Shown here in pieces: positions 1-12,616 of a stretch of 64,000 bases of DNA. The notes below the pieces were generated by a model. The model was not told the DNA's origin. It saw only the letters and a program-made list of their open reading frames with translations, and ran no database searches. The stretch is from Neophaeotheca triangularis. Its lineage: Eukaryota. The position numbers and the translations under genes are program-made. The stretch covers positions 1 through 64,000 of the forward strand of contig BAAIJX010000055.1 of assembly GCA_054600435.1 (NCBI GenBank), written 5' to 3'. Numbering within the stretch: the first letter of the stretch is position 1; every line of letters begins with the position of its first letter.

Positions 1-85
1 AAATATTATTTCCTTCGGTGTTTATTTTTTTTTTTTTTGCGTTTTTTATTTTGTTTTCATTAATTACCCCAACGCCACCCATTTT

Positions 86-116
<31 letters not shown>

Positions 117-120
117 CACC
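1..120. other. Low-complexity window start (poly-T and poly-C tracts); probably a low-quality contig or read end
   Basis: Long T run at ~25-38 and a ~29-nt C run at ~89-117. No CCCTAA/TTAGGG telomere repeats. The ORF 18..377 is a by-product of these homopolymers. Confidence 0.6.
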
Positions 121-645
121 CAGAAAAACCGGGGCCAGTGCAACACTCGCTGCGCATCGGAAACTTAGCCATAGTGCCAGCTTCTGCACTGCCTGCCGGG
201 CGCGGCTGGAGAGAAACGGAGGAGATTTACAGGGCACTAAAGCCGCGATGCTTGATGCGATATGTAGCGATACAAACCAGAATGCAAGACGAAGTTCAGG
301 TGAAGTCGGGAGACGGGCGTCTTGGCAGCGGCTTTCCCATTGTGGGTCGGCCGCTACGTGAGCTTCAGCGACAGTAAAGCACAGTGATTGTGAAAGGCTG
401 GGTTTGACTGTTTGGTGCGTGGATCTACATCTGCTTTCTGCGGCAAGAGTTCCTCTATCGGAGCAATAGCGGCTCTCCCATCACAAAACACTCGTCCGCT
501 ACTCTCGAACGCGGAGCTGAGAAGGCGCGGTCTACACCACAGGGCATCAAATCGCCAGTCTTCATGCAACTCTCCCCTTGACTCCCCATCAGCACTTCCC
601 GACCTGTACATTGATTGTCTCAATCCCGTGTAAATCCCTGCCAGC

Positions 646-3098
646 CTACTGATTTATCCCGAAGTTCTTTTTCAAATTTTGTACGTCCCGCACAATCTCG
701 TCCCGTCGCCCTTTGCATTGCTCGATAAGCTTTCGGATCGACTCGCGCAACTGCATTTCTTGCTCAGTCGGAGCTCTCTTCTTATACAACCCCTCGAACA
801 GCCTGCTGAGCTCGATGAAGCCGTCGTGGAATTTGTCGCTAATGTCTTTGCGGTGCTCCTTGGCAAGCTCGACCACGTCGATGGACAGGCGAGCGGCCAC
901 CCGAGCGAACGGAGACTCGTTGCCGGTCTTGCGGAGCTCTGCGCAGAAACGTTCAAGGCTCCGTGCCTTAGCGCCATGGCCTTACTACTAGTTAGTACGG
1001 TATAGCGCGGTAGTAATCATGCACAACACACCTGTAATCGCTTGGCAACCGGTATAGACATACACCATAATGGCCGAAATGTAGCTACGATCCGAGTCAG
1101 TGGTGGAATCGAGCACAGGTTCCCTACCATCTTGGTTAGAACATTGGCCCGGAAGATACACACGCTACTGCATACTGAAAGAATTCAACAGTCTCTTCCT
1201 GCTGCTTCTCAATCTCCGTCTTTATCAACGCCCGGTGGCCATTGCTTGAAACTTCGAATAGGTGTTTGACATGATCTGCTATTCCCGGGTTGCCTTGGGG
1301 CAGTGTCAGTTGAGAACACAGTTACCAAGCCGGCCAGCGGCAACTTACTCATCACATCGACCAGAATGTTGTCGAACTCCCCAATTGTGGCGTCTCGAAA
1401 CTTGCCAAGGAGCTTGATATAGAACTCTTTGACCGCACCGACGGCGTTCAGGAAAAGCCCACGGACTGCCCACGTGAGCTCCTCCTTTAGCGACAGCACA
1501 CCAACAGTCTGGCTGATGAGATCATCGTAACGCATTACTGCAGCTTTGATGCTGCTGATGTGCATCTCGCCTCAACCGTTGGCGAGGGAGTCGAGGGCCT
1601 GCTCGATGTGCACGCTTTCGCGCTGCTTCAACGGTGTAATCAGGTGCCTGTCCATTGCCTGCTCTACCATTGCATGATGACGCCCGATCATGTTGTCCAA
1701 GTCCTCAAGGAGCATCGTCGATTTCGGTGTCACTTTCACTGTGTGCGACGTTGGCTCCTTCGTGCTCTTATGTAGATCGCGCATCGGTCACTTCACTCTT
1801 TCCATGGTCCGCCATCTAGTCAAGAGACGCAGTTAGTAGAGTGAGCCTCACCCGCCGGGACCATTCAGTGAGAACGGTGTAAGTACGACTCACTTTTAGC
1901 TTCACTGATCTGACTTTGCTAATACCAAATTTGTCTTCACATGCAATAGCACAAATGTGGAAAATTGGCTTCGGTGCTATAGCGTAGTGAAAGTGGGAGA
2001 GAGAAGCAGAAGCCTGAAACCGCGCTAGTGAATCTGACGGGGCTAAGCGAGGTCCTGCAGACATGCCTCATTAGGAAGGCAACATTTTATGGTAGGAATG
2101 CCGCTAGCGAAGGGGAAAAGCCGAATGAAGCACGAGAGACGCAGCGATGGGGTATGTAGAGTGAGGCCTGGCGAAGCGTGTAGCGAAGCGTGCACAAACA
2201 GAAGTCGTCCTCTCGGCGAGGAAGACATGAACTTTCGGCGGAGTGCATACACCCGAGGGGGGTCCAAAGTCTGCTTGATCGTGTGAAGCAGCTGTGTGGG
2301 GAAGAGCGTTTATCGAGAAACATGAGCCCAGAAGCGTTCAACATCCATGGTCGCATCGAGAATCTTATGGACGATTTCCGCAAGGGGAAGGCCGCACATC
2401 TCGTCCATGCATTTTTCGGCAGCCTCGATTGTGCTGAAAGAGCCGAAGTCCTCACGGAAGAGGCTCCGAAGCAAGGACGATGCCGCTGCGGCTTCGGCTT
2501 GAAGTTGTGCGTGCATCCCAGGTGTGACTCCGTCTCCATAACCTTGACGCCAGGCCCTCCAACGTCGCAGTGCTGCCGTGATCATCCATGCGGATCGTTT
2601 CGCGGTCGAAGTATTCGATTGTCACCGAGAAACGTTTTGTCTGGGTCGGTGTGCCACTGTCACCACTGCTGTGCAGCTCTCTCCTGCGCTCATCTTAAAA
2701 CGTTAATATTTGAACGAGGTCTTTCTGAAAAGAAGACTTACTGCCAGAGCGAGATTTGGAATGTCGATTATCGAGTTGATGAGGGACGATTTCGCTATGT
2801 CAGGTCAGTTGCAACGCCCTGGAGACGACCGTACTTCAATGCAAGCTCACCTGCTCCTGCTGGACCCAGAAGACCAATGGTGGGCTTCCGTGAGGGCCAC
2901 ATGTAGCCCAGGGGCCAGTGCGACTGTTTTGGCAACGATTGCATCGGCACCAGCGAACCCGACTCGCAAAGTTCGACGCAAGCCAGCGGTCATTGCCTCG
3001 GCTAGGCAACGCACGTTGTCCTCGAAGGTTGTAGAACTTGCATCATATATCGCAAGTAATGGGAGATTTTCAGCTGTCTCCTCATACTGGGTCGCCAT
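646..3098 (-). pseudogene. Disrupted SLIP-GC / dynamin-like (Dynamin_N) large GTPase gene, unprocessed (introns retained)
   Basis: Minus-strand fragments occur in family order: degenerate P-loop IAKSSLINSIIDIPNLA (~2798-2748); GTAAGT..TTAAC..AG intron 2741-2694; G2-like SAGESCTAVVT; FSVTIEYFDRETI; AAAASSLLRSLF; SGIPTIK (~2105); ANG*GEMHISSIKAAVMR with in-frame TGA at 1572-1574; YISAIMVYVYTGCQAITG-intron-HGAKARSLE (~1080-950); C-terminal coiled coil ending at 646. There is also an in-frame TAA at 2310, at least two frameshifts, and no DLPG (G3) region found. Confidence 0.7.
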
Positions 3099-4338
3099 CG
3101 TGGGAATGTTGTTGATGCTGATTCGGCGATGAGTTTGTGTTGGGAAGTTCGTGATGGGTTGGTTGGTGATAGGCTATGTGAGTGGTGCTACAAGGTAAGG
3201 TAGAATGGAAGCTCAGGAAAACGGTGGAGGGTGGCCAGAACAAGAGCAAAGACATTGGTGCGTGCACAACGCCAAGCGAGTAGCGGGGTGAATGCCACAT
3301 TTGGGGTCGGCGAGCAGAGTATCAACATCATGAGAGTGACTGCAGCTGCTGGTGGAGGAAAGGGAGCGAAGGCAATGTCACATCCCGACGCAAGATGATG
3401 CACGGTCCAGATGGGTAGTTATTTTCGAAGGGGAACCAAAGGTCATTCGGGCCATCGTAATCAGGAAAGTGTGGTGAAGTTCAAGCAACGACAAGAGGTC
3501 TACGATGGTGAGCTTGATATAGTAGCGGACTGCCTCCAAGCCATTGTGCTCTGGAATGTCGCACCGTCGCATGGTCTAGAAGTGAATTTGTCCGAAATGG
3601 TTCTGGGAGGATCCGGACAAGCTGTTTCTTTGGTCTTAATGAGCAGTCTGGCGGAGCACATTCAGGTACCTGCAAGATAGGCGGAACCCAGCATTTACCT
3701 ACGAGTCCGATGAATAGTACGTCTCCGCAATTGGGTTCCGTTTGCCGGATAACGGTTGGTGTACTATCATATCATAAGCAGCATGCTGAAACCAGTGACA
3801 GCGCCTTTGATCCCTCAGATTGGCTAGCATTGCTTCTGCCATTACTTCATCTCAATCGGGTCGTAAAACGTGCAACACGATTGGCCGTATCTCGTAGTCC
3901 TTGACTCTTCTCGTAAAGCAATTGACCGATTGAAGGTTGTCACTCCGACTGCCAAGAAGCCCACACCTGTGAACCAAGCCCATAACTTGAAAGCGCTTGA
4001 TTGTGAGGTCTTGAAGATGCCTAAACATCGTGAATTTGGTGAAGAAAGAGGGAGGCATGATCAAGGTGAAGTCCGAAGAAAGCTTGAGCTGTAGTCCCTG
4101 GCGAGTGGAGCCCGGAGCGGGACTGTCCGCGTGGAGATCGCGGCTTCATCAGCATGTGACGAAACCTCTATCCCATCAGGTAAGGTGCGGTGTTTATTTG
4201 CTGACCTCTCCATCTTCTTGACTGCTCACTACCTACCTAGGTACCTACTATTGCAGTCAACCTGGACGCAAGTGAATACGACCATGCGATAAGCGCTTGT
4301 CTCCACCAACGATAACTCCCCACCTACCTTCGCCCAGG

Positions 4339-4874
4339 ATGTTCTGCCTAAGGAGCTGGATACCCCTACTGATATTTCTGTGAGCCTCTCTCGCATACCC
4401 TGAACATATACAGGTTTATTGATATGCAAGCTCAGAACGAACACATCACCCCTCTACGTCATCCTCTTCTTAACCGCGACCTACGCCCTCCAGCGACCAT
4501 GCGTTTACTGCTCGATCCTGCTTTTCGTCCTCGTCTTCGCCTTCTTCGACTTCCGGAGTAGCTGGTTCGAGCCACGATGGAGCGCCTCCACACAAGTCTT
4601 GAGTGAATCCTACTCCCAAGGCATCACCAGCTATCTACAAGGCGCAAACTCGACTTTGGCGGAGGCAGTGCTGGAGACGGCTTCAGCGGCTGTGTCAGGC
4701 ATGGACGGCACAGCTGGTGGAATTGCGAGTGCGGCGATTGATGGCGCTAGACGGAGGATGCTTGGAGATGACCTCGATGCGTCGGCTACTATTAATGGTT
4801 TTGAATGGCTGAAAGGACTGCTGGAGAAGAGGTCGTTCCGCATACCGTGCGTGGACGTTACCGTGCGGCTGTAA
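4339..4874 (+). CDS. BC10/BLCAP (bladder cancer-associated protein) family small membrane protein; exons 4339-4379, 4436-4874
   Basis: Spliced N-terminus MFCLRSWIPLLIFLTNTSPLYVILFLTATYALQRPCVYCSILL fits the BC10 pattern (MxCL.W...RPCxxC). The GTGAGC...CAG intron 4380-4435 restores the frame. Confidence 0.85.
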
Positions 4875-5508
4875 AAAGAAGATAACGCTGTAATGAACTG
4901 GGCACATTGGCGGACATTGATTGCATGGGGTGGCGTCTGAAGCATTTCCACGTACTGAGGCAACCGTTGAGTGCGACCGAGTACAGCGCAATGAGCGTTG
5001 ATAGATCTACGAGCAAGATGAGTTCGACAAGACAAAGTTGCGGGACTTTGTGCACACACCATATCACTGGGTCTTCTGGCACAATTATCGCCGCAGAGAA
5101 ACGTCACGTGATCGGGCGTCAATGCGCGATTCGGGGGCCGAGGCACCCACCTCAATTTATCTAGGTTCCGCCCTACCTTGAATCAAAGGGCTGTACAAGC
5201 CCATGCTACACTACTTTCATATCATTCGTTTGTAAATTGATTGCATGTCTTTCAAGGAGGTATGCCGTCGCTTGCCGTCGGCGTTTCCTCATACCGCTGT
5301 GGTGGGGCAGACGCAACGCGGGGCTCCCTTGCCTTTGGTCATACCGACCTTCCTTAAAGAAACACGCCGTTTGTCTTCTACACGTATATCCCCTCAACCA
5401 TTCCCATTCTCTCAGAGCTCTCTGTCACGTGCGACGGCTTTCTCTCTGCTCTCCAATTCCATTCAAACTAAACACTGTTCGTCCAGCGCCTCAAGTGCCC
5501 TCGTCAAG

Positions 5509-8394
5509 ATGGCATCTGATCGGGACATTCTGTCGAGCGAGTGAGTGAAGCATGGAGCTACATAATACGTTGTTGCACACAAGCAGAGAAATGCTAATAA
5601 ACCTCCCCAGTGTGAAGCCTACCAACTACGCCATCTCACTGTTCGACCTCGTCTTCCACCCCACTTGGACTTACCAGGGAAAATGCGACATCGACCTAGA
5701 AGTCCGCAAGACTACTAAGTCAATCACCCTCAACACTCACGAACTCAAGGTCCACTCCGCCGAGCTGCTCAGTGATGCCGGCAAGACAGCTTCCTCCATC
5801 AAAGCCTCAAACATCAGCTACGATGTCACGAACCAACGCTGTACCTTCGCCTTCGACCAGGAGCTCTCCCAATCTCCCAAGGCCATCCTCAGCATCGCCT
5901 TTGAAGGTACCCTAAACAACAACATGGCTGGCTTCTATCGCAGCAAGTACAAGCCTCCTGTCACACCAGCGAAGAGCGTCCCTTCCGATGGCGAGCATCA
6001 CTACATGTTCTCCACGCAATTCGAATCTTCCGATGCCCGCCGAGCTTTCCCTTGCTTTGACGAACCCAACCTCAAAGCCACTCTTGATTTCGAGATCGAG
6101 ATACCTGAGGACCAGGTAGCGCTGAGCAACATGCCGGAGAAGGAAGTCAAGAAGAGCAAGAAGGACGGCTTGAAGGTTGTGAGCTTTGATCGCAGCCCGA
6201 AGATGAGCACATACTTGTACGCTTGGGCTTTTGGTGATTTTGAGTATGTTGAGGACTTTACGAGGAGGAAGTACAACGGCAAGAATCTGCCTGTCAGAGT
6301 ATACACGACCAACGGGTTGAAGGAGCAGGGGAAGCTTGCGTTGGAGAGTGCACACCAGATTGTCGACTTCTTCTCTGAAGTAAGTTGTTCCAAGCATACG
6401 AGCGAGGTAAAGGAACTGACATTGGGCACAGAAATTCCGCATCGACTATCCTTTGCCAAAGGTCGATTTGCTTGCAGTACACGAGTTTGTAAGTCTCCCA
6501 GCTTGCCGCATACCAGCACGAGGGCTGACATGATGGCACAGCCTATCATATGTCTCTCTTGTTGTATGCTGCGTATTGTCCCAAGCTGACCAAAGTCTCG
6601 CAGTCTCACGGTGCTATGGAGAACTGGGGTCTCATCACTTACCGCACAACGGCTGTTCTCTTCGACGAGTACGCATCTGATCAAAAGTACCGCAACCGCG
6701 TGGTTTACGTCGTCGCGCATGAACTTGCTCACCAATGGTTCGGTAACCTTGTCACGATGGACTGGTGGAACGAGCTTTGGCTGAACGAAGGCTTCGCGAC
6801 TTGGGTTGGATGGTATGCAGTGGACCACCTCCACCCTGACTGGAACGTGTGGGGTCAATTCGTCACGGACAGCATGCAGATGGCCTTCCAGCTGGACTCG
6901 CTCAGAACTTCACACCCGATTGAGGTACCGGTGAGGAACGCGCTTGAAGTCGACCAAATCTTTGACCACATCTCGTACCTCAAGGGCAGCTCTGTCATCC
7001 GCATGCTTGCATCCCACTTGGGCGTTGAGACTTTCCTCAAGGGAGTGAGCGATTACCTCAAGGCCCACACATACGGCAATGCTACTACCAACGATCTCTG
7101 GTCCGCTTTGAGCAAGGCTTCTGGCGAGGATGTCAACACCTTCATGGACCCATGGATTCGCAAGATCGGCTTCCCGGTTGTCACTGTCGCGGAAGAGCCA
7201 GGCCAAATCTCCGTCAAGCAGTCTCGATTCCTTACTGCTGGTGAAGTCAAGCCGGAGGAGGATGAGACGACTTGGTGGATTCCCATGGGCATGAGGACAG
7301 GTCCTCAAGCGACTGAAGCGAAACGCGAACCCCTGACTGCGAAAGCCGACACTTACCGCGACATCGACACCAGCTTCTACAAGATCAACACCGACCAGAC
7401 GGGCTTCTACCGTACTAACCTTCCGCCCCAGCGATTGATTCAGCTTAGCGGTGAGCTCGACAAGCTTTCTGTGCAGGACAAGATTGGTGTGCTCGGTGAC
7501 GCGGCAGCCCTGGCAATTTCAGGTGACGGCACGACTGGAGGCATCCTCTCTTTCCTCGAAGGCTTTTCCAACGAGACCAACTACCTTGTCTGGTCGGAAG
7601 TGCAGTCGTGTCTCGCCAAGATCCGTTCAGTATTCTCTTCCGACGAGCAGGTATCTGAGGGATTGCGACAATTCACCCTCAAGCTCGTCTCCGGCGCGAC
7701 CGAGAAGATTGGCTGGGAATTCAGATCCGGAGAAGACTACCTTACAGGTCAACTACGTGCCCTGTTGATCCAAACCGCTGGTCTAGCCGGCCATGAGAGC
7801 GTCGTAGCCGAAGCACAGAAGAAGTTCAAGGCGTTCATGGGCGGCGACAAGAAAGCCATCCACCCTTCTCTGCGCGGCGCCGTCTTCAAAATCTCCATCA
7901 AGCACGGCGACAAAGACGCTTACGAGGCTGTGAAGAATGAGTTCCTTACCACCACCTCGGTCGATGGAAGAGAAATCGCTCTCCAATCCATGGGACAAGT
8001 CCAATCCCCCGAGCTCGCACGCAACTATCTCGACTGGGCCTTCAGCGGCGCAGTAGCAACCCAGGACGTCCATTCGGCTGGTGTTTCCGTCGCCAACAAC
8101 TCCAAGGTCCGCCCCGAAGTTTGGAAGTTCACCAAAGAGAATTGGGACACGCTCCGCGAGAGGCTGGGAGGGAACATGGTGGTTTTGGAGAGGTTCTTGC
8201 GCACCACCCTCACCAAGTTCAATGATTTCCAGACGCAGAAGGATATCCAGGCCTTTTTTGCCGACAAGGATCAGAAGGGTTTCGATCGCGGGTTGTCGGT
8301 GGTGAATGATACTATTCAAGGAAACGCCAAGTACGCTCAGAGGGATTTGGAGGTCGTCCGGGAGTGGGTGAAGGCTCATGGGTATGCAAAGTAG
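5509..8394 (+). CDS. ape2: M1-family zinc aminopeptidase (Ape2/puromycin-sensitive aminopeptidase type); exons 5509-5540, 5611-6379, 6432-6488, 6604-8394; possible upstream in-frame ATG at 5245
   Basis: STQFESSDARRAFPCFDEP, GAMENWG, HELAH-x18-E (VAHELAHQWFGNLVTMDWWNELWLNEGFA), ISYLKG and an ERAP1-like C-terminal domain. Three canonical GT-AG introns. Confidence 0.95.
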
Positions 8395-9008
8395 GCGCGC
8401 AAAGGGAAGTGATGGTGGCTTCGTGCAAAGCGCAGCCGCATGGCTATGCTGAATCGCCGCCTTGATACAGCAATTCCGAGTAGCATGGAATAGTAGACTA
8501 CACTTCCAAAATGCACGATAGGTATCGAGTGTTGCTTTGTCAGTAACTCGGTGGCGGTAGGACTTTACTTTATTGTCATCGATGGCCAGCGTCTTTGTCC
8601 GTGAGCACGTGAACGTAAACGGACATGGCAGCAGTGAAGTCTTGCATGCCTGTTTAATTGCAATCATCTGCTCAAAGTCACCCACCAAGCCAGTCACAAG
8701 CAGCAAGCAGCAAACTACTAACAAGAAAGCTGTAGGTGAGCCTCCGTGATAAGGTAGTCTCAAGAGTGTTGTGTCAGCTGACCGATCCGCCCCGCCTTCC
8801 CAGCTCGCATCTAGTCACCGACTGCAGCCTACACCTTCACCTTCCAACTCCCTCCCTCTCCCTACCTCTCTATCTTCCGACACCTTCGGCAACTCCACCT
8901 ACCAACTTCCATCATCTGAGCTCGACAACTTCACTACACATACCACTACTCCTACCATCACCGATAACTACCACAACCCTCGACAAAGACACCCCAACCA
9001 CCGATAAG

Positions 9009-9498
9009 ATGCGCAGCAAGTTCAAGGACGAGCACACCTTTGCGAAGCGTCAGGCTGAGGCTGAGCGTATCCGCCAGAAGTACGCCGACAGAATTCCCGT
9101 AAGTAACATACCTACCTCCGTCTTCACCTGTCGCGGCAGCAGCAGCAGTAGCATACGCCACCCACTCTCACCGCTATCGCCCTCCCATCACCTCCACTAA
9201 CATCCTTTCCCACCAGGTCATCTGCGAAAAGGTCGAAAAGTCGGACATCGCCACCATCGACAAAAAGAAGTACCTCGTGCCCGCAGACCTCACCGTCGGC
9301 CAGTTCGTCTACGTCATCCGCAAACGCATCAAGCTGTCGCCCGAGAAGGCCATCTTCATCTTCGTCGACGAGGTCCTGCCGCCCACCGCCGCTCTTATGA
9401 GCTCGATTTACGAGGAGCACAAGGACGAGGATGGCTTCTTGTACATTACGTACAGTGGGGAGAACACTTTCGGTGGGCAGGCGGTCGAGGAGGCTTGA
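9009..9498 (+). CDS. ATG8: Autophagy ubiquitin-like protein Atg8; exons 9009-9098, 9217-9498
   Basis: [70 protein letters not shown]...YSGENTFG, with the conserved lipidation Gly followed by a short cleavable tail. Confidence 0.99.
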
Positions 9499-10192
9499 GC
9501 ACCGCGAGGGATAAGGCTATCACGCGATCTGCCACGGCTATGCTCTGAAGGTGGAGGATGAGGATGATGACGGATTTCCTTTCTGGTGCAATCCGAGGCG
9601 TTACTATTGAGGGGGATCTTGATACCTTGACGACTATACTGGGCACACTGATGATCACTACGTGGAGGAAGAGCGCCGAGGTTGCGGCTGCGGCAATCTG
9701 ACTACCAAAGCGAATAGGCGTTGTTACTTCTGTAACCCTCTTCGGCCAATTGCGACAAAACATGAGCCTATTGCTAGCTAGCTATCGGTATCTACGCTCT
9801 CCTTGCTCGCATTCTCAAGATTGTTCTTTTGTTCATGTCATTTAAAGATAGCGTACGTCATGTGCTTGTATGGAAGAACCTATCCACCTAGGCTCGCGAA
9901 TGACCCAACGTCATGTCCTCACCGTTGCCTGCAGATAGCTAGGTATCTACTATCTAGGTACTAGTAAGCAAGCTCTAACAAGTCCCCACACTCACTCGAG
10001 CTCCGAACATTGTCTGTGCACAAGCCGACGAAGAACACAGCTCAGCTGGCGCAGAAGCCGACTTCGCCAAGCAACCTCCCCGATCCAGTCAATATACAGT
10101 CAATACACCGAACACCACCACTACAAACCTAGCCACTCTAACTCAGCTCCAACTCACCTCCGAGCACCACGCCGACGCTTGTACTGTCGACA

Positions 10193-10538
10193 ATGTCAGC
10201 CCCCCACCTCCTCTCAAAGTACGTCCCCAAGTCTCTATCCCCTCTCCCCACCCATCTGTTCCCCCCAAAAACCTAACCCTCCAAAATCCTTCCCTCTGAC
10301 ACCCACCGCTCGCAGATCTCTCGACCCCCTCTTCGCCCTCGGTGTAGGTCTCTCCGCCGCGGCTCTGAGGATTCATCGCGAGGAAAAGGAAAAAGGCCGG
10401 ACTTCTGTTTCCGAGATTCTGGACGTTGGGAAGAGGAGGGTGGGGTTGGTTTTGGGGAGTGGAGCCATTGGGGGAGCTATGGAGGGCAAGGCTGGTGCTG
10501 GCAGGTCTGGTGCTGGTGCTGGGGACAAGGCTGCGTAA
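10193..10538 (+). CDS. NCE101: Non-classical export protein Nce101-like small membrane protein; exons 10193-10218, 10316-10538
   Basis: Spliced MSAPHLLSKSLDPLFALGVGLSAAALRIHREEKEKG fits the Nce101 pattern (LISK..DP.FA..G..A...R.E). Intron 10219-10315 reads GTACGT..CTGAC..CAG. Confidence 0.8.
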
Positions 10539-11161
10539 CGGGATAAAAGAAGGGTTACGGGGTGCATGGGGAGAGGTTGGAGGCTTGAGCATGGCGTGTG
10601 GAAGGAGATGGGAAGAGGGGAAGGGAAGAGAGGCGGCGGGTTGGAGAGGGCGTGTAGGCTCAGGCTTAGCTGGCTGGAACGCTGCACCCCTTCCCAATCG
10701 ATGCTGTGGATCTTGCGAGGGTATCAGATACAGCTGCGAAGTGGGAACTGAAGTGGCGTGGAGACCAGCTACACATGGCCTACGCGCGCTGGCGGTACAA
10801 TCCGATACGGCAGTATGCTCCCTCGAAGGAGAAGAAGGATGCTAAAGGCGGCACTCCAACTTGGCAACGAAAGAGATGATCGCTTCCACCTGTGGCCAGG
10901 GGATGTGAGAACTCCTGTGGGAAGTATCCCGCGAAGAGGGACGACCTCCCTCGACGAACCCGGCGGAATACGCAAGCTCTCAAAATTCGCCGAGACGAGC
11001 TCGAACAGAATCGTCGCTCTCTCGAAAGTAGGATATTCAGGATCCCGGCGCATAGAGGCCAAATGGAATAGGCCCCGAGCTGTCGCTGGCCGAACGCGCC
11101 CGTAGGACTCCTGGAGTAATCAAAGGGGAGAAAGAAACCGCTCATTGGCTCAACATATTAT

Positions 11162-11183
11162 ACGCTAGTCAACGTACGTTTTT
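11162..11183. repeat. Copy 1 of a dispersed 22-bp motif ACGCTAG-N4-CGTAC(G/C)TTTTT
   Basis: ACGCTAGtcaaCGTACGTTTTT. All 18 non-spacer positions are identical to the copy at 17641. Confidence 0.6.
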
Positions 11184-12616
11184 CGCATTTCGCCCGCGGC
11201 TCTCCCTCGCTTTATGAGGAACTCGCCGAGATAATTCGATTGTCAAGACTTGCCCGGGACACAACGCCGATCTTGCAGTCTTTACAGCCGAGTCCATCGG
11301 TGCAAGAGCGCGAGGTTTTAGAGTTGTCTCCGGCCATTTCTACTCGTCCCACGACTTGATTTCGCAAATGATGGAAAGGACAGTGCTGCACGTCAAAACG
11401 TCCGTCAACTGGCGCTCACTTACGTCGACCAACCAGAAGAAGAAGCTCGAGCTGGCTCCCAAATCACTCGCCGGGAGCGAAATCTCACGCTCCGGAACGA
11501 GTATCTCAGCTTGTCTCCGGCGACTTCAAGCTCGCTTACGACTTTTCTCCCACACCATAGAATCTACAGGCACCGCCAACGCCAAGAACGTCCCTTAGCT
11601 AGCGCACGAGGCTTTGGACCAATAAAGGAGGATTCGCAATCTTGCCACAAGAGTGGGCGCCGGAACGTACTGTATGTGTAGACTTTGGTCGTAGGTCAGG
11701 TAGCTTTGAACGAAGGCTGTTTGCTGTCCATGAGAGCAACTAGTCGGTGGTGCAGGCCGCGAACACTGTGATCATCTTTTATGCTCTCTGCGAAGCCCGG
11801 TGGTAGGGTGTCTCTTCGACGAACTTGCAAGTCTACGACACTATTACTGGAGTTGGCACGGTAGAGGCTTGTGTGGCTCCTACGCACGGCCCTGTCGTGG
11901 AATCAAAGCATTCGTTGCAATGTCGCCGACTACGTAGGTAGTTAGGTGGTTGTAAAGCTGTGTGTATGTCTGTGTGTGTGTATGGTGGCGTCCCAAGGTA
12001 CTCCCGCGCCCATATGAGCACGTTTCGGAATTTGATTGCGCCCGTTTCTGCGCGCTTTTGAGCGAGTTTCGAGGGGTATATAGGTGTGGTCGTTTGCAGG
12101 ATCTTCTGCGAGCTTTGGTAGACAGGTCGGTGTTTGTTTTGTCCTTGCGCTCTGCTGCTATCTTGGACGCTGTTGGTGGCTTTTGCTGTGTGCGCTGGGG
12201 TTGGGTTTGGGAGTTGGGATGGTTTGACTGGACAATTGGTGGAAGAGATGGGCGAGGGCTGTCAGGCAGAGCGTGGGATGGGGATGAGATGGAGCATGGG
12301 AGTTTGATGGGGGAATCTTCGAATAATCCGTTGGAAGGGGCGACAAAACAGACAAGCACAAAAAGGGGGAAATGATGGCGATCAACAAAAGTACAACAAA
12401 AAGGCATCAATTGTTGTATGAAGACAGAAAAAGTAAACTACAGATACACACAAGTAATTTCAATACCCAGATCGCAGACCCAAGCAAAAAGGTGTGCGAG
12501 ATGAACCGACACCACGAGAACAGCATCTTCCGAAAACAACGTTTTTCCTAATCCCTTCTTGTCAACCGCGCTTGTGAAAGAGAATAGGGAAGTCATGTAA
12601 GTCTTTCTCTCGTTCT

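Noticed and set aside
67..82. 16-nt match CCCCAACGCCACCCAT to the reverse strand of the mif2 intron (~43757-43772)
   Set aside because: Low-complexity C/A-rich word, with one copy in unreliable sequence and no flanking similarity.
1..120. Possible telomere or Pro-rich ORF (18..377)
   Set aside because: No telomeric hexamers. The homopolymer runs look like a sequencing or assembly artefact.
3180..4220. Short minus-strand ORF fragments that might be a decayed F-box/LRR-like gene
   Set aside because: No diagnostic motif recognised and many stops; a call cannot be supported.
10560..12400. Several 60-180-aa ORFs between NCE101 and the LPMO 3' end
   Set aside because: Overlapping, no recognisable domains or coherent splice model; treated as intergenic/UTR or relic DNA.
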